Assembly (NCBI GenBank): GCA_965153355.1
Contig: OZ231126.1
Location: 21,328,001-21,392,000, forward strand
Reading direction: 5' to 3'
DNA length: 64,000 bases
Origin: Flaccisagitta enflata
Lineage: Eukaryota
The position numbers and the translations under genes are program-made. The number at the start of each line of letters is the position of its first letter. Positions within the stretch are counted from its first letter, which is position 1. The notes beneath the pieces were generated by a model. It worked only from the letters and a program-made list of their open reading frames with translations. It made no database searches and was not told where the DNA came from. Positions 26,270 through 36,981 of the stretch are shown piece by piece.

Positions 26270-29200
26270 TCAGCCCCCCCCATTCCAAGCGCAGACCCCG
26301 CACCCGACCACCCTGCACTCAAATCCCCCATACCCAGCCAGAAACCCAGCCCTCGACTGCCTCTTAAAGGCCGCAAGGGACCCCACCCCCTGTGTCCTTC
26401 CCCTAAGTGTGCCCACTCCTTAGGCACCCTGTAACCCACCGACCCGTGGTCCCTAGTGGACAGGCCTCCCCCTAGCCGACTAGTCCCAGCACCATGGTGC
26501 CTCAATCCTGCCCAGCATAGCTGCCTGGTTTTCGAAGCCTGCCCTTCCAGAAGCGCCAGGCGTGGACCCGAAGCTGCTGCCTATACAAGTCCCCCACCTT
26601 AAGCATGCCATACTGGGCCAGGAGTGGGTCAGCATGGTTGCGCCCCCTCTTGCCGGCCACCAGGCCAGCAAACCTCTTCTGATACCTAAGAAGAGCCCCA
26701 CCCACTGTCAGATTCCGCCCACCCTCAAAATCCCCCCACACCATGAGACAGTACTGCAGGTGTGGCAGGACCAACGCATTATAGAGTGAGAGAAGGGACC
26801 CACTTCCCAGGACCCCCTGCTCTGCCAAGCACCCACAACAGTGGCCAACCTTCGGCCTAACCTTCTCTATCTGACCGGCCCATTTCAGGCCCTCATCCAC
26901 CCAACCCCCAAAAATCGCGCCCCTGTACCTGAGCTATCCTCTCACCCCCTATGCTAGCTCTAACCCCGGTAAACGCCCCGGGCCCCAGGTCCGCCAAAGT
27001 AGACATACTCTGTCTTTTTCAAGTTCAGAGTAAGCCTATTACATCTAAACCACCTGCTGAGCCGCCCCAACCCCTCATTCACCACCCCAAAAAGCCCAGC
27101 AGGGTCCCTGCTCTGAGCAAATATGTTTGTGTCATCCGCAAAGAGAACCAGGTCCAAACCGATGCAAGCTCTTGCCATGTCATTGACATAGAGCAGGAAA
27201 AACAACGGTCCCAACACTGACCCCTGAGGGACTCCACACTCAACCTGACCCCTCTCTGACTCAAACCCCCCATACTGCACATACTGGGTCCTACCCTCTA
27301 GGTAGCTCCGAAGGAGCCCCAGGGTCTCCCCCCTCACTCCATAGTGCTCCAGCTTTCGCAGGAGAAGCTGGTGATCCACTGTGTCAAATGCCTTCTTGAG
27401 GTCTATGAAGACCCCAAGAGCGACATTACCCCCTTCCCACGCCTTCCTCACCCTTTCAACCATGTCCAGCACGGCCATGGCCGTGGAGTGCCCAGCCCTG
27501 AAGCCATACTGTCCCGGGACCATCACACGGTGCCTGTCAAAGAAAGCCACCAGCCTCTTTTGCAGCACTCTCTCAAACAGCTGCGAGAGGACTGGCAGGA
27601 CTGACACCGGACGGTAATTGGAGAACTCCGTAGTGTCCCCCCCCTTAAAGACCGGGACAACCCTAGCAACCTTAAAGCAGGCAGGATAGTGGCCGCCCCG
27701 CATGCAGCAGTTAACTAGTCATCCAAGGATCGCACATGGTCAGCGGTACCCGATGCCCTGCTTGGAGTGATCAAGTGAAGTAGTGGAGAGAGAGCAGGGC
27801 AGCGGCCCCAAAGGGTCGATGTCCTGTAGGACACAGGGGGGAATTTCGAGACGTCCTGAGGTATATTAGGTTTGAGAAGATGGATAGAGGTCATTGAAGG
27901 CGGTTTCGAAGCCTGGAGGGTTCTGAAGAGTAGATTTGAGGTTTGAGGGGCAGGCTTGAGGCCCAGAGGACAAAGTTGAGGCCTAAAGAGCTGATGTGAG
28001 GCCTGGAGGGTGGTATGGAGGGCTAAGTTGAGGTCTGGAGGGCAGATATGAGGTCTGGAGAGCTAATTTAAGGTCTCAAGGGCTAAATTGAGGTCTGAAA
28101 GGGCTATTCAGCCTATTCTGATGGCTCAAAGGGTCAAAATCAGGCCTGAGAGAGCAAAATTTAGGCCCCCGATGGCCAAGGGGGGGGACGGACGGACGGA
28201 CGGACGGAAGGACGGACGGAAGGACGGACGTCTCGAAATTCCCCCCTGTGTCCTACAGGACATCGGCCCTTTGGGGCCGCTGCCCAAAAAGCCGCGATAG
28301 GGAGCCCGAGAGCTCCCTAGCCACTCCCTTTATCACCCGTGGGGATACCCCATCCCAACCCATCCCCTTACCGGGGACAAGGGACCTGCACAGCTCCTCA
28401 ACCTCAGCCGGAGTTGTTGGACTCCAGAAGAGGGACTCCTCAACCCTAGCCCCCATGTACACCAGAAATGCCCCCTCCTGCTCCCGTCCTATCCTAGCCG
28501 CCAGCTCTGGCCCTACCTTACAGTAAAAATCACAAAACCCCTCCACTATCCCTGCCCCATCTGTGACCGGACCCCCATCCTTAACAAAGTAGCGACACGG
28601 CGCCCCCTTACCCAGTACCCTCCTCCCCCTCAGGACCTCACCCAAGACCTCCCACGTGGCCTTGAGGTCCCCATTTATCTCCCCCAACCTCTGGTCAAAG
28701 TAGGCCCTTTTCAGACGCTGCCTCAGGTTACCTACTGTCCTATTTACCCCGACCAGCCTCCTTTTGCCCTCCTCATCTAGCAACCCCCTAATCTTTCTGG
28801 AGTACAGCTCACCCTTCTCCCTGACCAGCCCCTTAAACTCACCATCATCCAGCCAGGGCTTCTCCACGTCCCTCCTGTTCCTCTTATCCTCCACCCATGG
28901 GAAGCGCGCGTCATAGAGGTCCCGGAAAGCATTCCGGAATCGCGCAACATTCCCCTCAACCCCCAATGCCCCCTCCTCATCAAAACTCCACCCCTCCAAC
29001 TCCCCGGCAAACTGGCGAATGCGCCCCTCATTCACCCGTCTCCTCTTCCTGCCCACCCCCCCATCTGCATGACCCACCGACGGCCCACCTCCCCCCACAA
29101 AAACAAAAACCGGGAGGTGGTCCGAAACCCTGACCGTCACCAACCCACTACTCATCCCCGCCCCTATATTATTAGTCATATATTTAAATATCAATGTGGC

Positions 29201-30075
29201 AAATGCTGTCAGTCAACCTTGTAGAAGTGATATCAGAGGGTAAAAAGCCCCGATGAGGAAACACTCCCGCAGAGAGTGCGGCGTTATTTACATGGGTGCC
29301 TGTCATAACAAGTCACATTAAAAGTCCCCCATGATGTGGCGTCCGTCCCCGTAACTTTGTCTTTGACTGTCTCATCATTGAACCCTACCTAGCTCCCCCT
29401 GGTGGCCTATACACTACCCTGACTACACGTCATTCCTACGTCCCCCTCCCTAATATCTCAACAAAAAACGACTCAAAAACCTCTGTAAGAAGTCCCCAGT
29501 CGGGCGCTCTCCTGTACGTCAGTCATCATAGTAATAGCTTAACCCCCACCTCCTCTCACTTCTCCGGCTTGCACCTATTACCATCCCTCAACTTCACGCC
29601 ACCCCTTCTCCCAGCTCTCCTCGTCCAACAAATCCATAAACAACCTTGTCCAAAGGACCCCCACCTCTAAGCTCCTGCCTCAAAATAACTCCATCCCTGG
29701 CCCCTCGCTCATATGTTGTGAAAAGCAGGAGGCGGCAGCCCTCAGCAACCTGCCCTAAGCCTGTAGCCACCTCATCCCCCAAATACCCACACCTCAGGGT
29801 AACATCCACCCAAGGGCCCCCCTATCCTCATCATCAAAGGGTCAAACCTCAACCCCAGGAAGTCCCCAGCCCTCGACCCAAGCCCCTCCCTGTACTCCCT
29901 CAGGGCACCCCTATAATCCCCCTCAGCCACGGAGCCACAAAGGGCAGGGCCCACTGACACACCCAGGGCACCACACCCCCGCCACGCCCACCCCCCTGGT
30001 CCTAACAGCCACACCACAAACCTCGCAGCGCGGGCAACGACCCGACCTTTGCGCATATACAGGGCCATCAGCCAT
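26270..30075 (-). pseudogene. LINE ORF2 (APE endonuclease plus reverse transcriptase), frameshifted and interrupted
   Basis: APE motifs MGDF and SDHLPV; RT motifs NYRPVSVLP, QYGFR, FIDLKKAFDTVDH, GVPQGSVLGP, FADD; several frameshifts (about 29200-30000 and 26300-26950) and an insertion at 27713-28285. Confidence 0.93.
27713..28290 (-). mobile_element. Helentron-type non-autonomous element (HINE/DINE-1-like), family B, inserted in LINE ORF2
   Basis: Asymmetric 60-bp inverted repeats (27797-27856 and 28226-28285, 59/60 identical), (GGAC)n tract, T-rich target; excision restores ...SLSRLF-NCCMRGGHYP. Confidence 0.8.
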
Positions 30076-30077
30076 AT

Positions 30078-31382
30078 TCAACGAAATGTAGGTGCCCTTC
30101 CTACTCTAGGCCAATCCATCTCAAACCTACGTCTTACGTGATCGGGAACAAAATCCTCAGATGGTGTAGGGCAAGGGACATGAATTCCTAGCAGGGCACA
30201 CGCGTACGTACGGTCCATGATAGAGGCGAACTCAGGACGAATGTGAAGACCGTCTTTTTGCTTAAGATAACTCATGCGAATCTGAGTCTTACAACCATAG
30301 CCGCGTTCCCCTTTTGAAAGAAGATAGTCATTCAGAAAAGCGTTGTGACCTCTGACGTCGACTGATCGTATCGGTTTGATCTCGCACACGACAATGGCTG
30401 CAGCACCCGCTGCAGTAAGCGCTCGCCACAGTTCATCAACGCGTCGGATCAACTCAGGTGGATCTGCCGCCGATGCCGACCACGTCCTTCTGATGTCGTT
30501 GGTAAGACAGTCTACCACCACTATGGCTCCCCTTATGTCGACTTTCCCTTGTTCTACAAGGAAAAGAGCATCTCCCGTTGTGAAAGCTTCTTTAACTTCG
30601 ATTTTGTATTTCTTCCGATCCTTCCGGGGAATGTGGTTCTTCACTGTGTCCTCGGTCGCGCCTCTTCCGTTAGAGTCCGCCAGGATAATGCCTCGGTAAT
30701 TCTCCTCCTCCTCCTCCTCCTCCTCCCTCCTGCTCCTGGTTGGTCTCTCCCCTCCTGCCACTAGCTGCTCAATCTCCCTCTTCTGTTCTGCTAGAGTCTC
30801 GTTTATTTTCCCAACTTCCTCCTCGTGCTTCTTCCTTTCCTCCTCAATCTTTTCCAAAAGCTTCTCTTCCACCCGCCTCCTAGCGAATTCCTCCTCCTCA
30901 AGGCGATCTCTAAGGTCGTGGACTTCCATCTCCTTCTCTTCCTTCTGCTGCTCCAGTTTCTTTACCCTTTCCGCCAGTAAGAGAAGTTTCGATTCCAGCG
31001 AAGCAACGTCGTCGGCGGCGCCACCGTCGTCGCTTCTCCCCTCTTTGACAGAAGAGACATTCGACGCCGCCACCGCCGCCGCCGTCGACACCGGACTTCC
31101 CATTAGACCTGTACCCGTCGTCGTCGTCGCCGTCGTCGTCGACGACGCAGACGCCGATGTCGCCGCCGTTGATTTCTTTCTCTTTTCTTTTCCTGGTGGT
31201 GTTGTTGTTGTTACCGGTGCCGTTTTAGGATTGGTCGCCGATGGACTGGCTGCCGCTCCAAGCCGCCTGCTCTCAATTGTCGATCTTATTCCCGGTTGAG
31301 GCGCATAATTCGCATTTTCCCTTATTCGTCTGCTCCCCCGACCCCCCTGGGCCAGAGGCGATGCTGCTGACGGCGATGACAT
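30078..31382 (-). CDS. LINE ORF1: low-complexity N-terminus, coiled coil, SGNH/GDSL esterase-like domain
   Basis: Open frame of 434 aa from the first ATG; E/K-rich coiled coil; SGNH-like blocks IILADS, CLTND and DGLH. Confidence 0.85.
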   Translation of the reverse strand: MSSPSAASPLAQGGRGSRRIRENANYAPQPGIRSTIESRRLGAAASPSATNPKTAPVTTTTPPGKEKRKKSTAATSASASSTTTATTTTGTGLMGSPVSTAAAVAASNVSSVKEGRSDDGGAADDVASLESKLLLLAERVKKLEQQKEEKEMEVHDLRDRLEEEEFARRRVEEKLLEKIEEERKKHEEEVGKINETLAEQKREIEQLVAGGERPTRSRREEEEEEEENYRGIILADSNGRGATEDTVKNHIPRKDRKKYKIEVKEAFTTGDALFLVEQGKVDIRGAIVVVDCLTNDIRRTWSASAADPPELIRRVDELWRALTAAGAAAIVVCEIKPIRSVDVRGHNAFLNDYLLSKGERGYGCKTQIRMSYLKQKDGLHIRPEFASIMDRTYACALLGIHVPCPTPSEDFVPDHVRRRFEMDWPRVGRAPTFR

Positions 31383-31658
31383 CAACCAGACGCCGTTTCG
31401 TTTTGTAAGAACACGGCGTCCAACCAATTCCTCCGCCGCCGCCACGTCGCCGCCGTAATATATATGATCAAGTCTGTATATCTTTAAGGATCAAGTTTCT
31501 TAATGATCAAGTCTTTACTGGAACCCGTCTGTTCAGGATCAAGTCTTTCGGGAACCGTGTTTCTTTTCAGGAATCGCCGCCGTTTTAATTTTTGAGCTCC
31601 TCTGCTCTCTCGACACATCTGAAACCTAAACAAGTGAAGCAGTAGCAGAAATTAGTAG

Positions 31659-33530
31659 AAATATGGCGGACCGAAGGAGACCATATCTATCTGGGCACCT
31701 TCTCATACTCCCCATATACCAAAAATAGCAAGCAACTGAAACTCTCTCCTTCCTGAAACAACACCCTCAAAATATCATATGTCAACCCCAAATTCTCAAA
31801 CTTAAAAAATGTAGTATTCATCCCAGTAGTACAAAAAAACAAATCACCTGAGGATGTATTAGATATCTAAAGATAAGCTAACCACCAGAGGCAGTGTTGT
31901 AAAAACCATACCATAGAGGTAAAATCGAGATCAACCTTATGGGACACTTACATTCTATACCAGGTATGAATCATATGAAGGATTGGACAACGTACTACTC
32001 ACACTATATAAAGGACAAGAGCCTTTGGAGCTCTTAATGGTGTTTAATCCGGACCCATCACAACTATCCTTAAAATATCTGAAAGAAACCTCCCTTTTCA
32101 GAATCTATCACAAGACTTTCAAAGATATGTATCATTTAAAAATTAATATGATTCCTGTCTAAACTTGGAATATGTGAACACAAGAAAGCACCTGATAAAT
32201 ATATGGCGGACCAGGAAATTATCTATCTAGGCACTGTCTCATACTCTATATTATATAAAAATAACAACATGCTTCAAACTCTCTAGCCTGAAACAACACC
32301 CTCCAAATGTCATATGTCCTTAAATTCTCCAAGCTTAAAAATGTGAAGAGTATTCATCACGGTGGTGCAAAAACCGTCACTGAGGATGTATTAGATATCT
32401 AAAGATAAGCTAACCACCAGAGGCAATGTTGTAAAAAACCATACCCTTAGAGGTAGAATCGAGATCAGCAACAGCCAGGACCTTTTCTGTGCCAGGTGTG
32501 AATTTCCATATGAAAGTTGGACAACATTACTACTCCACACTATATAAAGGACAGAGGCTTTTTGGGCTCTTAATGATGGCTAATCCGAATTATCAGCTAT
32601 CATAAATATCTGAAAGAAACCTCCTTTTCAGAATCTGTCATAAGACTTTCAAAAGATATGTATCATTTAGAAAAGTGTCACCAATTCCTGTCTAAACTTG
32701 AGATATGTAGACCACAAGAAACCAATCGTGGACCGATGGAGACCATATCTGTCTGAGCTTATTCTCATACTCCACATATAGCAAAAATAGCAAGCAACTG
32801 AAACTCTCTCCTTCCTGAAACAACACCCTCAAAATATCATATGTCAACCCCAAATTCTCAAACTTAAAAATTGTAGTATTCATCCCAGTAGTACAAAAAA
32901 ACAAATCACCTGAGGATGTATTAGATATCTAAAGATAAGCTAACCACCAGAGGCAATGTTGTAAAAAACCATACCCTTAGAGGTAAGAATCGAGGATCAA
33001 CCTTATGGGACCGCCGGCATTCTATACCAAGGTACTGAATCATATGAAAGTTGGACAACATTACTACTCCACACTGTGCATAAAGGACAAAAGACCTTTG
33101 GAAAAATAACAATGGGTGTTTTAATCCGGACCCATCACAGCTATAAGCCTACAAAATATCTGAAAAAGAGAGGGCAGCACCTTTTCAGAATCTATCTGAG
33201 ATGTGACAAAGTATGCCAGCGGCGGTTGCGTGTGTGTGGCGTGTGTGTGTGTGTGTGTGTGTTGTGTGTGGTAATGTGTCCTAGGCTTGGGGTATAGACC
33301 ACAAGAAAATACCTGATAAATGTAGCGGACCGAAGGAGACCATATCTATCTAGGCACCTTCTCATACTCCCTATATACCAAAAATAGCAAGCAACTTAAA
33401 CTCTCTCCTTCCTGAAACAACACCCTCAAAATATCATATGTCAACCCCAAATTCTCAAACTTAAAAAATGTAGTATTCATCCCAGTAGTACAAAAAAACA
33501 AATCACCTGAGGATGTATTAGATATCTAAA
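31659..33530. repeat. ~540-bp tandem repeat, about 3.4 units (array continues at 25727-25958 across the LINE)
   Basis: Unit starts (GCGGACCGAAGGAGACCATATCT) at about 31663, 32203, 32728 and 33322. Confidence 0.92.
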
Positions 33531-33611
33531 GCAGAAGCGCGAATAGTGCAATGCGTATTCATCCTTTCGACCCCTTTAAGCAGCGCAAGTGCTCGTGTTG
33601 AAAGGCACGTA

Positions 33612-33787
33612 CAGTAGTACCCCGCCTCATCAGTCCCATTTGGACTGAAGATTCTTTATTTTTATCTCAAGTTCAATTTTAAAGAGAGGTGAAATCACAT
33701 TAAAAACTATCGTTTGGGACCTAAAAATATTGACCTCTCTTGATGGGGAATTTTTATAAGCGGGTCTGTTATTGCGGGGTTCCACTG
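33612..33787. mobile_element. Tc1/mariner-type MITE, 176 bp, in ACC intron
   Basis: TA|CAGTAGTACCCCGC...GCGGGGTTCCACTG|TA; colinear with 24718-24893. Confidence 0.85.
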
Positions 33788-33874
33788 TACGTATATTTTA
33801 TAATCGCTTGGCTGAAAGCTCATTCTATTTCCAATCGACTACGCAACGACTAAACGCCGGCGTTTGTAACTCAC

Positions 33875-34042
33875 CACGCAGCTGGTGAATTGCTCCATGA
33901 TGGCGTCAAATTGAGAGACGAAATCTTCGAAGGAGGGGAAGGCGGTGATGGCACCCATTCGCTGACATGGAATCGTAGAATCAGCCATGGAGTAAATCTC
34001 GTCGGATAAAGAAGCAACCCGAGGCATCTGCAACGCCGCCAG
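33875..34042 (-). CDS. ACC: Acetyl-CoA carboxylase exon (regulatory loop of central domain)
   Basis: LAALQMPRVASLSDEIYSMADSTIPCQRMGAITAFPSFEDFVSQFDAIMEQFTSCV; matches the ACC pattern VASxSD...PCQRMG...F..FEDF; CATCCAG acceptor, GTGAGT donor. Confidence 0.9.
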
Positions 34043-34094
34043 CTGGATGAGGAAGAGGGGGGGGGAGAAAAGGAGGGCAACGGAAAAACAGAGA

Positions 34095-34447
34095 GGAAGA
34101 AGAAGTAGAAGGAGAAGTAGAAGTAGAAGAAGAAGAAGTAGAAGAAGCAGAAGAAGAAGTAGAAGAAGAAGTAGAAGAAGAAGAAGTAGAAGAAGAAGTG
34201 GAAGTAGAAGAAGAAGTGGAAGTAGAAGAGGAAGTGGAAGTAGAAGAAGAAGTAGAAGAAAAAGAAGAAAAAGAAGAAGAAGAGGCGAAGAAGAAGAAGA
34301 AAAAGAAGAAGAAGAGGCGAAGAAGAAGAAGAAGAAGAAAAAGAAAAAGCGAAGAAGAAGAAGAAGAAGAAAAAGAAGAAGAAAAAGAAGAAAAAGAAAA
34401 AGAAGAAGAAGAAGAAGAAGAAGAAGAAGAAGAAGAAGAAGAAGAAG
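34095..34447. repeat. (GAA)n-type microsatellite in ACC intron
   Basis: Directly visible; similar tracts at 43065-43698 and 60600-60915. Confidence 0.95.
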
Positions 34448-35006
34448 GGAAAAGAGGTACAACAACAGCACAATGGCAGGTGTTGATAAGCAAGAGGGGG
34501 AACACGAGAAAGAAAGGGAAAAAGTCAGATGAAAGGGAAAAAGTCAGATGAAAGGGAAAAAATCAGATGAAAGGGGAAGAACGAAGAAAAGGGGAAGGAG
34601 AGGAGGGAGTCACATCATGGAAAGCAGGAAAGGAGGTTGGGGTTCAAGAAAGGAATAAGTATAAATCAATTAATAATTTCAATAACAAGTTTAGCATGGG
34701 CTTAGAGGAAAAGCATTGTGTACCCCTTCGCGGTCTACAAAATTTCAAGGATGAAAGAATCGATTTCATTACGACAACGAAACCAAGCACAATCGTTAAT
34801 AATGATTAAAGCATAGACTACGTTATAACTACAGAGTTGATACAGCCGCGATAGCGTGAAATCTTAACCATCGCGTGAATTTGAAATTTGAGCCATCACT
34901 CATTTCATTGAGCCTATCCAATTGTCACGGGATAATCCAAATCATTTTTAGACAGCGTGTACAAAGTAAGTAGACGCGTAACGACCACGATTCCGCAAAA
35001 ACTTAC

Positions 35007-35033
35007 AGGATCTAGGACGTCTATGTCCGTGAA
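35007..35033 (-). CDS. ACC: Candidate 27-nt symmetric microexon of ACC (FTDIDVLDP)
   Basis: CTCCTTGTAG|TTC ACG GAC ATA GAC GTC CTA GAT CCT|GTAAGT; phase 0-0, frame-preserving, consensus donor. Confidence 0.55.
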
Positions 35034-35271
35034 CTACAAGGAGCGTGTTTGGCGGACAGAAGAAGAGGAAATGGGTTATTACACATGATGACCGAGCAAC
35101 TACACTAACAGTAACGAATGCGGCTACAGAAAAAGAAATCTTTTGTTAGAAACTGCAGCTCACATTATCTTATTAAATACCGGCAATCAAACGTGTTGTA
35201 CACATCAGATAAGAATCAAGACTCCGAATAGTTTGGTTAGTAAAAGGATATCGTCTACAGTCTACACTAAC

Positions 35272-35381
35272 CTTATTGTTGACTGGCGAGTTGCCGTTCA
35301 TGCTTAGTTGCTTGGCTTCGGCGCTGACGCGATTTGGATGGGTTGAAGGCAGCAGAAATTGAAACAAAACGATGCAGTTTC
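35272..35381 (-). CDS. ACC: Acetyl-CoA carboxylase exon
   Basis: (G)NCIVLFQFLLPSTHPNRVSAEAKQLSMNGNSPVNNK; conserved FQFxLPxxHPNR; CTCAG acceptor, GTTAGT donor (3' boundary less certain). Confidence 0.88.
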
Positions 35382-35576
35382 CTGAGAGAATCAAAGAAAG
35401 GTAATCGTTAGAAAACCAAAGTCAATCAGTCATTCAGTTTTCCTATGGCGCTAAAAAAGTTGTAACAATGGAAATGCCATGGAATGAGGCGGAAAAATCA
35501 ATGAATCTTATGGACATTGAATTAAAGCCACTTTCAACCTCTCTCTATCGCTTCACGACCAATTCTCGATTCTCAC

Positions 35577-35799
35577 CGGAAGGCAGTTGTTGATGTTGCA
35601 TGCAGGTAAGTTCGTAGGCGATGTAGGCGCGTCTGATGTACACTTCCAACGCCGCCATCCTCACTTTGCAGTTGGGATGGTAGAAAAAGTCTTGGAGCAC
35701 GTCGTAGATAGAAGTCTCAGACATGATCAATTTCTGAAGGTTCTCGGGGCAAAACTTGTTGCCAAACTGATCCACGGCGCTGATGAAAATCGACTCGAC
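35577..35799 (-). CDS. ACC: Acetyl-CoA carboxylase exon
   Basis: [78 protein letters not shown] acceptor, GTGAGA donor. Confidence 0.96.
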
Positions 35800-35974
35800 C
35801 TGTGTGATGAATTAGGAAGATTAGGAAGATGGAAAGAAGAAAATGATATGGTGCGTCCGGTAGTGTGGCTGATCTAACGAAATCTTTTCCTACTAACGAA
35901 CGGGGAGACGGTCGGACTGGCGGATTGTCAAACACGTTATAAACAAGCACCGTGGCAGGTAACAAGGCGCGTAC

Positions 35975-36151
35975 CTGATTGTGTCGTAACTCGTAACTGG
36001 GCGTGATCGAGGCGATGAGGACTTGTCTGGCCTTGAGGGCGACTTTGGCGTTTTCCGTCTTGTTGAGAGTCGTGAGATCGGACAAAATGGCGCTTAGCTC
36101 GTCCGTCAGCTGAGCCTCTTGATCGCACACTTCCTCGATCAATGCGATCAC
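35975..36151 (-). CDS. ACC: Acetyl-CoA carboxylase exon
   Basis: [63 protein letters not shown] acceptor, GTACGC donor. Confidence 0.95.
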
Positions 36152-36332
36152 CTGCGCGGGACAAACAAGAGATGGGAAGTAAAACAAATTTGAATGAAAG
36201 CGATGCGATACATTTCTTATCTTTCGACCGAACTTCATCATAACCAGGAGAGAATTCAGTTGTCTGACAAGTTGAACAACATCCCTCGTCATACTCAAAC
36301 TGAAAAATATGGAAGGGGGCCTTGTAACTCAC

Positions 36333-36464
36333 CAGCTTATTCTTGGCCAAGACTTGCGAGTGAGAAAAGATGTGATTGAGTAACTCCGCCATGTCATCTT
36401 TGTATTTTTCACGCAGTTTCGAAACGCATTTGTCGTAATGACCCGATTGGAACTGAATCTCAAC
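36333..36464 (-). CDS. ACC: Acetyl-CoA carboxylase exon
   Basis: [49 protein letters not shown] acceptor, GTGAGT donor; 132 nt, phase 0-0. Confidence 0.95.
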
Positions 36465-36557
36465 CTAATGTCAACAGAGCAAATTGTTTTCAGGAAATAT
36501 GTACGAAATTCAAACACATTCTTTGCAGCGTCAAAGACATTCCTTATCATCCCTCAC

Positions 36558-36697
36558 CTTGAGGTATTGCCTGAGCAAGTCTTGCACTGTCGCTCTTAGA
36601 TGCCCTTGAATGCCGTTGCGGTATCTTTGAACGAGTTGGACGATTCCTTGAGTTGTGATGAAGAAGACGTCCCTTTCCGTTCGCCGATGAAGCGTAG
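36558..36697 (-). CDS. ACC: Acetyl-CoA carboxylase exon
   Basis: (A)[51 protein letters not shown] acceptor, GTGAGG donor. Confidence 0.95.
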
Positions 36698-36981
36698 CTA
36701 AATCGGATACAAATAAAACCGATTTCAAGAGCAACAAGCGAGCTTAACTGCTGCATCAAAACTGTGGCCATGTCATCATCACCATCAAAAAGCCATGATT
36801 CCTTCAGCGGTCCCATCATCTTCGGGAGAGGGCTTGTCTGTGGCTGCTGGGGTGCAGGTAGGATCGGAATTTCTACTTGACAGGTGGTGAACAGGTGATT
36901 TAAGTTCCATGTGCATTGCCATCGACATTATCGCTGTCAGTTCAAAGTAACAGGAAACCTGATGACATCAATGTAACTCAC

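Larger units (their letters stand above)
25959..31658 (-). mobile_element. Full-length CR1/L2-group non-LTR retrotransposon (LINE)
   Basis: 5'UTR, ORF1, APE-RT ORF2 and 3'UTR; flanked by AAATAT at 25953-25958 and 31659-31664; removing it restores a junction of the surrounding 540-bp tandem repeat. Confidence 0.92.

Noticed and set aside
31845-31875. CTGAGGA in the 540-bp unit as a hammerhead ribozyme core (retrozyme)
   Set aside because: No stem II followed by GAAA and no closing helices; CTGATGAGTGAAA at about 25340 also lacks stem II.
35110-35123. Second possible ACC microexon (TTCTGTAG|14 nt|GTTAGT)
   Set aside because: Fourteen nt shifts the frame; it could only be a poison exon and cannot be supported without RNA data.
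36786-36929. 47-codon ATG ORF inside an ACC intron (minus strand)
   Set aside because: Short, no recognisable homology, and the flanking ACC exons join in frame without it.
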